From the IMG/VR virus record IMGVR_UViG_3300033067_001778, positions 1 through 35,271 of that record: a stretch of 35,271 nucleotides of DNA, one strand, 5' to 3'. The stretch is from a virus (taxonomy: Duplodnaviria; Caudoviricetes). A program made the translations under genes and the position numbers. This document shows, piece after piece, positions 24,773-35,185 of this stretch; the first letter of the stretch is position 1; every line of letters begins with the position of its first letter. Below the pieces are notes generated by a model. The model saw nothing but the letters and a program-made list of their open reading frames with translations, had not been told where the DNA came from and ran no database searches.

Positions 24773-27546
24773 GTCAATCTCTTACAACAAAAATCAGGGG
24801 ACTTTACACGTTCCCAAATGACTTTTCTTCTGTTCCTGAAGGCGCGCTTGCTGTTGCTGACAATATTGTGATTGACAGAGACAGCATAGCAGAACCACGA
24901 AGAGGGTTTACATATTTAGCCAGCGCAGCAGGTAGGGCTGATTTTCTAGCTGCCGGTGATAGAGCACAGAAAATATTCTTTTATGATGATACAATCATTG
25001 CACAGGTATTGACAGGATCAACTTACTCACTGGTCTATTTCAATCCAACAACTGGCTTTGCGTCTATCGATGCATCTTTTAACCCACCAGCTTCGACAGT
25101 CAAGACAAGGTCAGCGCAAGCTAAACAAAACCTGTATTTAACCAGTGATGATGGCGTAAACAGAATTGACGACAGAGATAGCGCGCCGGTTCGTGTGGGG
25201 ATACCGCAAGCTTTGGACTTAGGCACTATTACAGCAGCAAGCACTTTGGAGTGGCTCACATCTGGTAAAAGCGTAGCATACCGCACCGTTTGGGGCTTTA
25301 AAGACAAGAACGGAAATACTTACAGCAGTGCACCTTCTGGTAGAGTCGTTTATACTGCTGGCTCTAACTGCAATACTGTCTTAAAGATATGGATCCCATT
25401 TGGCATCACAACAAGTCATTATTTGCAGGTTTATCGGACTGAACAGGTCACAGGAACACCCAGTGAGGAATATCGTCAAGTTTTAGAAATTTATCCCTCT
25501 GGTGCGCAAATAACTGCACGCAAAATAACTGGTCTTGAAGACTTGACAATTGAAACGTTGCGTCTTGGTGCTGCTCTATATACAAACGAGTCGCAACAAG
25601 GTGATGCTGCTGCAAACTTTCCACCGCCGAAAGCAAACGATATTACAATTTACAGGGATTTCATGCTTTACGCTGATATCGCTGAACAACAATCAATAAT
25701 AATTACGTTGCCAAGCATTGCAAACGTAGCACTCAACACAAAACTTACAATTAACGGTGATAATTATAATCTCGATGATGATAAAGATGATCCGAATTGG
25801 TACAAGGCTTCAGCTGAAGCAGATGCTATTAACACAAGGTTATCAGTGCAATCCCTTGTCGAACTCATTAACTCAAGCAACAAAAGTTATTACGCAACGT
25901 ATCTTTCTGGTGCAAATGATCTACCTGGAAAATTTATGATTAGATCTTATGCTGTCGGTGGGTCTGCTTTTTCTGTGACGAGTACAGCAGAGAGTGTTTG
26001 GATTCCTCCGCTTCCTACAACCGGATCTGTTCAGTATTCATCTGCGGATGTTTCGCCCAACGGTCTTGCTTGTTCTAAAGCTCTTGAACCTGAAAGCGTT
26101 ACGTTATCGGCGCGCTGGTATCCAGGCAGCAAGACCGAAAGAACTCTAAGAATTCTTCCTCTGAGAGATAGCCTTTTTGTGCTCAAAGAAGATGGTGTTT
26201 ATCGTTTTTGGGGTACGGATCCTTCTAACTTCCAGATTGCATTACTCGACTCAACCGCAAACATCATTGCTCCCGATACTGCTTGCGTGCTTAATAACAT
26301 GATCTTTGCGATGACTACGCAAGGAGTCGTTACAATTTCTGAAACCGGCGTAACGATTATGTCAAGACCAATCGAAGAAGATCTTTTGAAACTTCTTCAG
26401 ATAAACCCAACTGTTCTCGCTTTACATAGCTTCGCTTTCGCGTCAGAAAGCCAACGTGCCTATTATTTGTACCTGCCAACAACGTCAACAGACACTAGAC
26501 CAACACAATATTATCGGTACAACACTATCACGAACAACTGGACGCATGGCACTTTGGGCAAGAATTGCGGTGGTGTGAATCCGTATGATGATCTTATCTA
26601 TCTTGGCGATCCTGATGATAAATACCTGGATGTCGAGCGCAAAACAAAGACGATTTACGACTATTCTGATTACATCGAAACGGAAACAGTCTCTAGCGTG
26701 TCAAATAAGACAGTCACCGTGACAAATGCATCCAGTTATGCTGTTGGGCAAATCATCGCGCAGTTTCCAACGTTCGCGGTGCAGACTGTCGCCATGGGTG
26801 CTGGTGGTGGATTTAACGAAACGACAAATGAAATTACAAAAGCGACTCACGGTTATTTTACAGGGACTCAAGTAGCATTGACTGCTCCGGCCGCTCTGCC
26901 TGCTGGCCTCAGTGCTAGAACTTATTGGGTTATCAAGATGAGTGCAAGCGTGTTCAAGTTAGCAGATACCTATGATCTAGCTATTGCCGGAACGCCGATA
27001 GATTTTACCGATCAAGGACTGATTTCAAATAACGCGACTTTCACGCCGTCTAACTCTATAGTTTGGGGAACAATCGAGACGGTTGGCACAACTACGCTAG
27101 ATGTTGCATATAAATGCAGGTTTACATTATCTAGTGCGGTTTTGTTGGCTCCAATTGAGACTGAAATGAAGTGGGTTCCTGCCACGTTCCAGAATCCTGG
27201 AATGAATAAACAGGTCAGAGAGGCAACTTTTATGTTTCTGGCCGACTTTTACGGTACAGCTGAAGTCAGCTTTGCAACTGATGCTAGTCCATCAACATCA
27301 TACGAAACAATCACAGGATCATATCCTGCTCCTTGGGGGAATTTTCCGTGGGGTTCTGCTCCATTCGGCGGTGTACTTCGAAGAAGGCCAATTCGTGTCA
27401 TGGTGCCGCGAATTCATCAGAGGGGATCGTTCCTTTCCATCGGCTTTGCGCACGAAGTAGCATTTTCACCGTGGGCAATACAAGGGATTAGTCTGATTGG
27501 CAACAACATAAGTGAGAAGGTGTGGCATCAGGGGAACACAGTATGA
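24769..27546 (+). CDS. tail nozzle / stabilization (tail tubular B-like) protein
   Basis: GAL..ADN..ID...RRGF N-terminus, propeller-like LFVLKEDGVY; GTGA overlap start with GGAG RBS. Confidence 0.75.
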   Translation: MSQSLTTKIRGLYTFPNDFSSVPEGALAVADNIVIDRDSIAEPRRGFTYLASAAGRADFLAAGDRAQKIFFYDDTIIAQVLTGSTYSLVYFNPTTGFASIDASFNPPASTVKTRSAQAKQNLYLTSDDGVNRIDDRDSAPVRVGIPQALDLGTITAASTLEWLTSGKSVAYRTVWGFKDKNGNTYSSAPSGRVVYTAGSNCNTVLKIWIPFGITTSHYLQVYRTEQVTGTPSEEYRQVLEIYPSGAQITARKITGLEDLTIETLRLGAALYTNESQQGDAAANFPPPKANDITIYRDFMLYADIAEQQSIIITLPSIANVALNTKLTINGDNYNLDDDKDDPNWYKASAEADAINTRLSVQSLVELINSSNKSYYATYLSGANDLPGKFMIRSYAVGGSAFSVTSTAESVWIPPLPTTGSVQYSSADVSPNGLACSKALEPESVTLSARWYPGSKTERTLRILPLRDSLFVLKEDGVYRFWGTDPSNFQIALLDSTANIIAPDTACVLNNMIFAMTTQGVVTISETGVTIMSRPIEEDLLKLLQINPTVLALHSFAFASESQRAYYLYLPTTSTDTRPTQYYRYNTITNNWTHGTLGKNCGGVNPYDDLIYLGDPDDKYLDVERKTKTIYDYSDYIETETVSSVSNKTVTVTNASSYAVGQIIAQFPTFAVQTVAMGAGGGFNETTNEITKATHGYFTGTQVALTAPAALPAGLSARTYWVIKMSASVFKLADTYDLAIAGTPIDFTDQGLISNNATFTPSNSIVWGTIETVGTTTLDVAYKCRFTLSSAVLLAPIETEMKWVPATFQNPGMNKQVREATFMFLADFYGTAEVSFATDASPSTSYETITGSYPAPWGNFPWGSAPFGGVLRRRPIRVMVPRIHQRGSFLSIGFAHEVAFSPWAIQGISLIGNNISEKVWHQGNTV

Positions 27547-27959
27547 GTGAACTACCACAGATTAGACGACTTTTGGTCGAAGATTTTATCGAGCAGAAAG
27601 AGTGGATATCAAAGCTGTTCATCCCTCTTAACAATTTCATGGATGGTACATTTATATCGCTGAATCGAGGGATTACTTTACGTCAAAACATGGCAGCTGA
27701 CATAAAAACAGTGACTCTGAACAGAGTACCAACGGCTCTTGACTATGCTTCAGTTGGCTGGAATATCCCACAAGCACCAATTTCCATGCATATCGGCAGA
27801 ATAGTTAGAACAGACAACACAGCTGTGGTTCTCGCGGCGGCTGTTCAGGTACAATGGGAATATGACACAAGAAAAGGGCTCAGGCTTACAAACTTGATTG
27901 GTTTGACGCCAACTTCAACAGAAACATATGATTTAACACTTGCAATATTCACGGGGTGA
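27543..27959 (+). CDS. hypothetical virion protein
   Basis: ATGA-coupled to upstream gene. Confidence 0.7.
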   Translation: MSELPQIRRLLVEDFIEQKEWISKLFIPLNNFMDGTFISLNRGITLRQNMAADIKTVTLNRVPTALDYASVGWNIPQAPISMHIGRIVRTDNTAVVLAAAVQVQWEYDTRKGLRLTNLIGLTPTSTETYDLTLAIFTG

Positions 27960-27962
27960 AAC

Positions 27963-29072
27963 ATGGCAATAACAAATGACGAGGAAGATCAAACAAAAAA
28001 TATGTTTCGATCCGTGGGCGGCGGAACATCTTATATCGGTGGCGGCTATGCTGGCGGCGGCGGTGCGCAACAGACATCGCCAAGGGAGACACAAGGACAA
28101 GGTCCGGGCTCTGGTTTTACAAACATTCAGGAATATCTAAAAGGCCCGGAAAGATCAGCGCAAGCTGGCCAGATTATTTCTCAGGACACTGAGAAAATGG
28201 GACAAGAAACTCTTGGTAAGATAAATGACTTTGAAAAAGAAGGTGCTGCTGTTTCAAATGTTCCGAAATATGATTCAAACGTTGCTGGAACATGGCTATA
28301 TAATGTTTCTACAGCTGGCGTTCAGCCGGGACAAACCGCGCAGTTTAAAGAAAATGTTCCAAAGTTTGGCGGCGGTGACATGATTAATGGTTTTGCTGAC
28401 GTAAAATCCTATCAGCCAGCGCAGGATGCTGCAACAAAACTAGGGCAAAGACTTGGTGCAAACAAGACAGAATCAGGGCTTACCGAGCAGTTTAAGGGCA
28501 CACCCGGCGAACAAAGATTGAGCACAGCATTAGCGATGCAAGGGCCAGGAAGAAACATTATTCAAGACACACAGAGCAAATGGGGTCAGGTCAATGACTG
28601 GCTCAATAAGTCTCAGACTGGCGTACAAAAACAAATTGTTGCTGGCAAAGAAAATGCTGCAAAATGGGAAAACGCTGCTCAACTTTCTAGAGATAAGGCA
28701 GGCGAAACTAACAAATACTTTGCCGATCTAGCTACGAAAAGACAGAAAATTGCAGCAATGCAGCCTGGGGCTGGTGCTGGAAGTTATACTACTCCATCGC
28801 AAGTACCTACTCCAGCTCAAGCACCTGCTCCTGCTGTAGATAGTTTTAGAAATAAATCTGATTCTCAAACGGTTTTTGATGGATTAATGCCTGACACCGA
28901 CAGGTTATTGAATCCACTCCCCACCGGGCTGACCACCGATGCTTATAAGCGTAGTGAACCTGGGAGACTTGGAAAAGAAGCGCAAGAAGGGATGTTTTAC
29001 TATACAAAGAACAATCCAGTTTCAAAAAATGTCAATAAGGGCAGCGAATGGCTTACAAGACGACTCGGATAA
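27963..29072 (+). CDS. internal virion / ejection protein (putative)
   Basis: G/Q/A-rich; SGFTNIQEYL; position after tail genes. Confidence 0.6.
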   Translation: MAITNDEEDQTKNMFRSVGGGTSYIGGGYAGGGGAQQTSPRETQGQGPGSGFTNIQEYLKGPERSAQAGQIISQDTEKMGQETLGKINDFEKEGAAVSNVPKYDSNVAGTWLYNVSTAGVQPGQTAQFKENVPKFGGGDMINGFADVKSYQPAQDAATKLGQRLGANKTESGLTEQFKGTPGEQRLSTALAMQGPGRNIIQDTQSKWGQVNDWLNKSQTGVQKQIVAGKENAAKWENAAQLSRDKAGETNKYFADLATKRQKIAAMQPGAGAGSYTTPSQVPTPAQAPAPAVDSFRNKSDSQTVFDGLMPDTDRLLNPLPTGLTTDAYKRSEPGRLGKEAQEGMFYYTKNNPVSKNVNKGSEWLTRRLG

Positions 29073-29088
29073 CATAAAGGGATAAAAG

Positions 29089-30243
29089 ATGGCTAATTTT
29101 TTAAATTCAACTCCGCTTTCCGGGTTTTTCTATGACCCGACTAAAGACCGTGATGCTGCTGAAGAAGGATTAACGGAAGGCCAAAATGCATACAGGGGAC
29201 TGCAAGTCCCAGACTACCAGCCAGTAGAATATACTGGTCCAAACGAGGCAGGTGATGTCACTGCTCAAACTGCGGCTCTGGAAAGGATCGGTCCAACCGC
29301 CTACGGCGATATAGCTGTAGACCCAAGGTTAAAGAGTTCTCAACTTGCCCAACTATCGGCTCTTGAAGATCTCAGAAACAGCGGCGGCATGAATGCTGCA
29401 GATAGAGCAAACCTTGCCCGGATATCCAACGAAGAATCGGCAAAAGAGCAGTCTCAGCGTGCTGCAATCATGCAAGGCGCGCAGGCTAGAGGCACAGCTA
29501 GTAGCAATATGAATTTGATTCAGATGCTGCAGGCACAGCAAAGCGGAGCAAACCGGCAGGCACAACGTGACCTTGATGTTGCTGGTATGGCGCAAGACAG
29601 AGCTTTGCAAGCCGGTGGCATGGCTTCTTCTCTCGCCGGCAATATGAGCCAGCAGGATTTTAACCAGCAAGCTCAAATCGCTGCGGCTCGCGACACAGCT
29701 GCTAAGTTTAACGCACAAATGTCTAACCAAAATTCTCAGTTTAACGTCGGTAATCAGCTTCGTGCAGATATGGGTAATCAATCTAAGACACAAGGCGTTT
29801 ATGATCGACTCGCTACTGCTAAAATGGAGCAAGAGCGACAAAACAAGTTTGTATCGCCACAAGCACAATTTCAAGCAGGCGCAACAAGGGCTGGCGGCAT
29901 CGCTAACGCTGGCGCGGCATCGGCAAAATACTACGGTGACCGCGAAGATACAGCAAAGAAAGCACAAAGCGGACTTTGGGGCGGAGCGGCTGGTCTTGCA
30001 GAACAAGCAGCAAAAGGTGTTAATTGGAAAGATATGTTTGGCGGCGAAAGCGGCGGCGACCCCAATTCTTCGTCTCGATCTGGAAGCTCGTACTCACCAA
30101 GAAGTACTCCAGCTTCTGACTATGTAAGCTCGGATAGTGGTGGAACCGACCCCGGTTCTGCATACCCAGAGTATCAGCCGGCACCGACTGATTACGTTAC
30201 GAAAAGAGATGACAAAGAATACAAACCTTATGGGGGGTATTAA
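29089..30243 (+). CDS. internal virion / DNA pilot (ejection) protein (putative)
   Basis: A/Q-rich coiled coil, FNAQ..NQ..QFN repeats. Confidence 0.65.
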   Translation: MANFLNSTPLSGFFYDPTKDRDAAEEGLTEGQNAYRGLQVPDYQPVEYTGPNEAGDVTAQTAALERIGPTAYGDIAVDPRLKSSQLAQLSALEDLRNSGGMNAADRANLARISNEESAKEQSQRAAIMQGAQARGTASSNMNLIQMLQAQQSGANRQAQRDLDVAGMAQDRALQAGGMASSLAGNMSQQDFNQQAQIAAARDTAAKFNAQMSNQNSQFNVGNQLRADMGNQSKTQGVYDRLATAKMEQERQNKFVSPQAQFQAGATRAGGIANAGAASAKYYGDREDTAKKAQSGLWGGAAGLAEQAAKGVNWKDMFGGESGGDPNSSSRSGSSYSPRSTPASDYVSSDSGGTDPGSAYPEYQPAPTDYVTKRDDKEYKPYGGY

Positions 30244-30244
30244 C

Positions 30245-31795
30245 ATGGCCGTTAAAACGTATAATACGAGAAGCGTGGAACCAAAGTCATATATTGATCC
30301 AAATATACAGTATCTTAATGAAAATGTGCCGAATGGTATGACTTTTCCGGCTCTTTCTGCTGTTCCAAAGGAGTATTTGAGGGATCCGAACGAAACGCTT
30401 CCTACGGACATAAATCCAATTGATTGGTCCATGGGAAATGAAACAGGCGGTATTGATCCCTCGAGTGATGAGCGTAATCAAAGGCGTCTGGTACGAGATT
30501 ACTTGGCTCAAAAGTATGCTCAAGTGGCCGACACTAAAGGTGTTGATACGGCTCTTGCAAAACAGAAATATGAAAACCAATGGGCTGATGCCGGGTACAA
30601 TATTGACCGAATGCTCATGGCTCATTCTGCAGCGAGAGGTGGCCCTGGTTCTGACCGTGGATATTGGGAAAGCCAAAAGAAATCTGCAGCTGGAGACGTT
30701 GAGACACAAGAGGGACTTCGGCAAGCTAAAATTAAAGACTATTTGATGAAACAGAAACTTGGCAGCGAAGGCGTTGATGAACTGCAGCAAATGCATGGCT
30801 ACGACATCACTAACGCACAAAATGACCCAACAAGCAATATATCTCGCAGTTATCAGAATGCTTTTGGCTCCATGTTCCCCCAAGAAGCTAAAGATATGGG
30901 TGGCGATATCCCGAACATGTCGGCAACAGAGATTGCAGGTATTGCTAAGATGTACGGCGCAAAAGCTGAAGCTGACTTGCGGAAACGTGTGGAAATGGCA
31001 AAACTTGGGTATGCAGACGCCGGTCTGCAGCTTCAGGGCAGAAAGTTTGATGCTGAACAAAGCAAGGCAGGACGCGAAACTGCTCAACTTGCGCCAAAGA
31101 CGCAAGCAGAGATTGACAATATCAAGGCGCAAATCGCGCTGACTCAAGCTAAGACTAAAGCTGTTCAAGCTGGCAAACCTGGTGCTGCTCCTGGTGTCCC
31201 TGGTACTCCTGGTGCAAAACCTACAAAGGCATATGAAGCTGTTGATAGGGATTACGCCAAGGATTACAACGATTGGACAGTAAGCGGAAGATCCGACTAC
31301 GACAAAAACATGAAGATACTTGAACAAGCACTGTCTGAAATGAATGCTGCTAAAACTGCTGGTCAAGGTAGTGATGTCAGTGGCCGGTGGGAAGGTGGAA
31401 AATACAAGGTATTAGGAGAACCAGGAAGATCACCAAAAGGGTTGATGATACAGAAAAAGGTAGAGAATGCCGTAATAGGAACATTAAAAGCTGTTGCAGG
31501 CGCTAACCCGACCGAAGGGGAACGCGCAGCAGTATTAGGAACAGCTTTTAATATTAATTTGCCACTAGAGCAAAACATTGAAAACGTTAAATCAATTATT
31601 GCTGATTTAAACACCAGAGCAGTTAGAAACGAAGAAAAAGCTAGTTATTTTGAAAAAAATGGAACCTTGTCAGGATACCAGACTAAAAGCGATAGTCGTA
31701 TGATAAAAATACAAGCGCCAGATGGTAGTATCAGGCCGGTTCCAGAAAGCAAAAAGGACTATTATATATCCAAAGGCGGAAAGGTGGTTCCATAA
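30245..31795 (+). CDS. internal virion / ejection protein (putative)
   Basis: DPTSNISRSYQ, PTEGER; GGGGG RBS. Confidence 0.6.
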   Translation: MAVKTYNTRSVEPKSYIDPNIQYLNENVPNGMTFPALSAVPKEYLRDPNETLPTDINPIDWSMGNETGGIDPSSDERNQRRLVRDYLAQKYAQVADTKGVDTALAKQKYENQWADAGYNIDRMLMAHSAARGGPGSDRGYWESQKKSAAGDVETQEGLRQAKIKDYLMKQKLGSEGVDELQQMHGYDITNAQNDPTSNISRSYQNAFGSMFPQEAKDMGGDIPNMSATEIAGIAKMYGAKAEADLRKRVEMAKLGYADAGLQLQGRKFDAEQSKAGRETAQLAPKTQAEIDNIKAQIALTQAKTKAVQAGKPGAAPGVPGTPGAKPTKAYEAVDRDYAKDYNDWTVSGRSDYDKNMKILEQALSEMNAAKTAGQGSDVSGRWEGGKYKVLGEPGRSPKGLMIQKKVENAVIGTLKAVAGANPTEGERAAVLGTAFNINLPLEQNIENVKSIIADLNTRAVRNEEKASYFEKNGTLSGYQTKSDSRMIKIQAPDGSIRPVPESKKDYYISKGGKVVP

Positions 31796-33888
31796 TGGCT
31801 AATTCATTTTGGGATGACGAAGAAATCCCACAAACAAAAAGCGGTGCGCAGTCTTTCTGGGATAATGATGATGCTCCCACTTCTCAACAGGCAGAACCAC
31901 AAGAGGCACCTGCAAATTATGAAATGCCTGGCATTGGTCGCCGTCTCTATGAGCAGAATGTTGTAATTCCAGTCAGGGCTATGCGGCACCTGGCTCCAAT
32001 TCCTGAAACTCTGCAGGAATATGTGATTGACCCGATTGCTGGTGCTATCTCTGGTGAATCTGCTGAAGAACACAAGAGAAAGCGAGACGAATACGATAGA
32101 TATCTCAGACAAATCTACCCAACAGCAACGGAAGCATATGAAAGTCGCGGTCAAATGGCTGGCGGTCTTTTAAAGGCTCCGATTCCGTATGTTGGTTCTG
32201 GCGAAGGAATAACCGAACAAGCTGCAACACGACCGGAATCTTTGGGTTTCAACGTGGAAACAGCTTTGAATCTTTTGCCACCGTTTTTAAGTGCTCCAAG
32301 GACTATCGCTGGCGGTGTGGGATTCATCAAATCTAGGCCAGACCAAAGGCAATCTTTGAGAGCATATGCCGAGAATCCTAGTTATTATGATAAGTATGAA
32401 GCAAGGACAGGCGGCAAGCCGGTCAGGGCTTTGGAAGAAGAAGTACAATCAAACCTTGCTGCCAGGGAGTCAGCTATGTCTAAAAACATAGCAGACTTAA
32501 CCGGCGAAGTGTCTGAACTAAAAACCCAAGACGCCATGCAGGTAGCTAGGGCAATCGACGACATTAAGACGAAAACAGAGCTCGGTACATATGACGGTGA
32601 TGCAATGATATCGGCTCGAAATAAACTGCAAGAAGAATACAAAAAAACAGCAGAAATAAGGAATAAGGTTCTTGAAGAAACACAAGGTGAGATGAATATT
32701 GCGCCTCTTTTGGATCTTGTTGACCAAGCAGAGAGGAATGTTATCCTTCCAGAGCATAAAGCAGCTATCAGAGCTGTGGCAGCTGATATTGAATCGGTGT
32801 CTCAATTTAGAGGGCAAGGAGATAATACTTTCCAATCTATCTCACCCAGAGCACTTAATGAGTTAAGAGCAAAACTTCAGAACAATGTTTCATGGGGTGG
32901 TCATTCACAGCCATGGGAAACGCAGTATAAAGCACTTGCTATGCAGTTTAATGACATACTTGATGCTTCGATACCTCGTAACAATCCACTCAGGGCAAAA
33001 ATAAGAGAAGAAACAATAAGGTATAACACAGCTAATGATCTTTTTGGCGGTGAATATCCACTAAGGAAGTTTGAATCTGCTGCCAAAGATCCCATGAAAA
33101 GAAGGGCTCTTGAAAACCTAGCGATTCCTGAGATTCACGACATCCTGAAAACTATAGATTACAGAGATAACTTTCAAAAGAATCTAAAGTTTGGCGAAAA
33201 ACCCAAGAGTCAGGTGATTGACGAGTATCTCAGAAAAAAAGCTATGCTCGAACAAGCTAAGTCTGAAAAACTCCCGCTTAGTTCTATGCAGGCTCCTTCC
33301 GCTCTTGAGTCCGCAATGATGGAAACGTATCGAAACCCAAAACTAAACCCTACAAACAAAATTGAGCAGTATGCCCAATCGGTACATCCAGAAGGTCCGA
33401 TGGATTTTAGGCAAAAGATGGAAGCAACCAAAGTTTTGCGTGATGTTGAGGGTCTGAACACTACCCAGGGATCAAGGATGGTCAATCTTGGTAGATATGT
33501 TGGCGGCGCGGCTGGAACAGGCATTGGAGCAATGACCGGAAATCCTGCTTGGTCTGTCGCAGGCGGGGGATTTGGCGCGCTGGCTGGCGGTGTACTTGAT
33601 AATAACGCCAGTAACATCTTTCGCGGTGGAATGCGATACGGTGAGAAAATGGCTCCTGCAATGACTACTGCGAAACTTGGCTCAAGAGCATATTCGGATT
33701 ACGAGAAGAATAAGCAATATGGTGGAATACCAATGGATAGGCTTGCTGGCACCAAGTATGAAGCGCAAATCATGCAAGCGCTGCAGGAAGATCCCAAGAA
33801 GGCAGCTGTAATTCATTACATGATGTCACAGAACGATCCGGAATATGCTGCTTTGATAAGCGGTGAGAGCGAAAAAAATAAAGATTGA
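31795..33888 (+). CDS. large internal virion / ejection protein (putative)
   Basis: N-terminal FWDD repeats, glycine-zipper hydrophobic pair near the C-terminus, HY.M.Q.DPEY end. Confidence 0.65.
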   Translation: MANSFWDDEEIPQTKSGAQSFWDNDDAPTSQQAEPQEAPANYEMPGIGRRLYEQNVVIPVRAMRHLAPIPETLQEYVIDPIAGAISGESAEEHKRKRDEYDRYLRQIYPTATEAYESRGQMAGGLLKAPIPYVGSGEGITEQAATRPESLGFNVETALNLLPPFLSAPRTIAGGVGFIKSRPDQRQSLRAYAENPSYYDKYEARTGGKPVRALEEEVQSNLAARESAMSKNIADLTGEVSELKTQDAMQVARAIDDIKTKTELGTYDGDAMISARNKLQEEYKKTAEIRNKVLEETQGEMNIAPLLDLVDQAERNVILPEHKAAIRAVAADIESVSQFRGQGDNTFQSISPRALNELRAKLQNNVSWGGHSQPWETQYKALAMQFNDILDASIPRNNPLRAKIREETIRYNTANDLFGGEYPLRKFESAAKDPMKRRALENLAIPEIHDILKTIDYRDNFQKNLKFGEKPKSQVIDEYLRKKAMLEQAKSEKLPLSSMQAPSALESAMMETYRNPKLNPTNKIEQYAQSVHPEGPMDFRQKMEATKVLRDVEGLNTTQGSRMVNLGRYVGGAAGTGIGAMTGNPAWSVAGGGFGALAGGVLDNNASNIFRGGMRYGEKMAPAMTTAKLGSRAYSDYEKNKQYGGIPMDRLAGTKYEAQIMQALQEDPKKAAVIHYMMSQNDPEYAALISGESEKNKD

Positions 33889-34180
33889 ATTACCAAGGTA
33901 CGGCGGACTAGGAGCAGATATCGGCAACATTATCGATAATGTTACCTGGTCGGACAAGGTTGGCTTGGATCCGGGGGAAAGCGATGAGCCAGGGTTCCAA
34001 TATGGCGAGGGAGTGCCACAACCAGCTTCTATCAAGCCGTTCGCGTTTAAAAAGCTGTTTCCTAGCAAGTCTGCTGTTGGTTCTGAAATTAAGCTACTAC
34101 CAAGGGTTAGGGGTTATGGTGTTGACCGTGAAGTTGCCTACCGTGATATCCTGACGAGACTTTGTCTTCGTTTTACTTAA
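33863..34180 (+). CDS. hypothetical protein
   Basis: ORF only, no motif; may be part of a split gene. Confidence 0.35.
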   Translation: MRAKKIKIELPRYGGLGADIGNIIDNVTWSDKVGLDPGESDEPGFQYGEGVPQPASIKPFAFKKLFPSKSAVGSEIKLLPRVRGYGVDREVAYRDILTRLCLRFT

Positions 34181-34524
34181 GTGAATACTACAATCTGGAT
34201 GAGAAGAGTATTTTAAGATTACGAGATGGCATTAACGTCTATCTTCCGCCTGAAGGAAAGCAGTTTTTTTCCTGCTCTGAGCGAAAAAAAATGCGCACTG
34301 AAATGGAATTTAGTTTTTCTTCTGATGAAATCGAGACAGCTATACCGTGGGCTTTGGATAATTATCTTTCAGTAACTGTATTACCTGATTGGCTACATAA
34401 TCCCTTACCGTTAGATCCTGTGGCTGATCGACAGAAATTGGGAGATCCCTTATCTTGTTATCTGTGGACTTCATTAGCACATAATCAATACAATGAAGGA
34501 AGAAGGAAGAGGGAAGAGGGATGA
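34162..34524 (+). CDS. hypothetical protein
   Basis: ORF ATGA-coupled to next gene. Confidence 0.5.
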   Translation: MSSFYLSEYYNLDEKSILRLRDGINVYLPPEGKQFFSCSERKKMRTEMEFSFSSDEIETAIPWALDNYLSVTVLPDWLHNPLPLDPVADRQKLGDPLSCYLWTSLAHNQYNEGRRKREEG

Positions 34525-34733
34525 GAAAAGAATTTGCAACACATGCATTAAATGCTGAAGGTATAGAGCTTGCGCAAAAAATGGCAGAAAAATATAGCGA
34601 GCTTGCGGATTGGATTGAGCAGTGTTTGGCGGCGGGGAGCCCAGAGTCAACAATTGCTTTTAGGAAGCTCGAAGAAAGCTGTTTCTATGCAAAAAAATCA
34701 TTAGCGCAAATTGGAAGGTTTCAGGAGAAATAA
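34521..34733 (+). CDS. Acb2/Tad1-like helical hairpin protein (candidate cyclic-nucleotide sponge)
   Basis: F.TH.L...; SPESTIAFRKLEESCFYAKKSLA matches the recalled S.E.SLA.TKLEE..MWA..AIA hairpin motif. Confidence 0.65.
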   Translation: MRKEFATHALNAEGIELAQKMAEKYSELADWIEQCLAAGSPESTIAFRKLEESCFYAKKSLAQIGRFQEK

Positions 34734-35072
34734 ATGGGAATTGATTATACAGCAGTCGCTGGTTTTAGTGTTCCAATCAAAGATGAGTTGCTAAGGAAAC
34801 TAGAAAAACTTGCAGAGAAAAAAGCCGAAGCCGAGGATATTTATGATTATAGGGATGACTACGACTCTGTGTTTGAGTATCTCGGTGTAGATTCCGAAAC
34901 GGTAGGTAGTTCTCTATCAGGAGAGGAAGAGTACATTCCGTTGTTTATCCCAGATAATGCTATTGATTTGGATAAAAAGATTGCCAATTGGCTTGAGGAT
35001 CTCAATACGAAGCTGGAGACATCTTTCGAATTGAAAGATGTATTCTTTTTTTCTGATGTTAGAATTTGGTAG
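34734..35072 (+). CDS. acidic hypothetical phage protein
   Basis: AGGAG RBS; MGIDY.A..G N-terminus. Confidence 0.75.
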   Translation: MGIDYTAVAGFSVPIKDELLRKLEKLAEKKAEAEDIYDYRDDYDSVFEYLGVDSETVGSSLSGEEEYIPLFIPDNAIDLDKKIANWLEDLNTKLETSFELKDVFFFSDVRIW

Positions 35073-35080
35073 GGAAGGTT

Positions 35081-35185
35081 ATGAGTAAGGATGCACTAGG
35101 GGATCGAATCAAAGGCTGGTATGAAGACCGTACTAGATACTATCTGCCGCGCAGAACATTCACGATTATCGACCAGCCTTTGTAG
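35081..35185 (+). pseudogene. N-terminal fragment of Thg1-like (tRNA-His guanylyltransferase) protein
   Basis: MSKDALGDRIKGWYEDRTRYYLPRRTFTII matches the bacterial/phage Thg1-like N-terminus; breaks where R.DG..F is expected. Confidence 0.7.

Noticed and set aside
29353-31366. Long minus-strand ORFs (217 and 359 aa)
   Set aside because: Antisense to well-formed ejection-protein genes; no RBS or motif
34147-34200. TniQ-like PDETLSS motif
   Set aside because: Seven-residue resemblance only; no zinc-finger cysteines and no transposase genes
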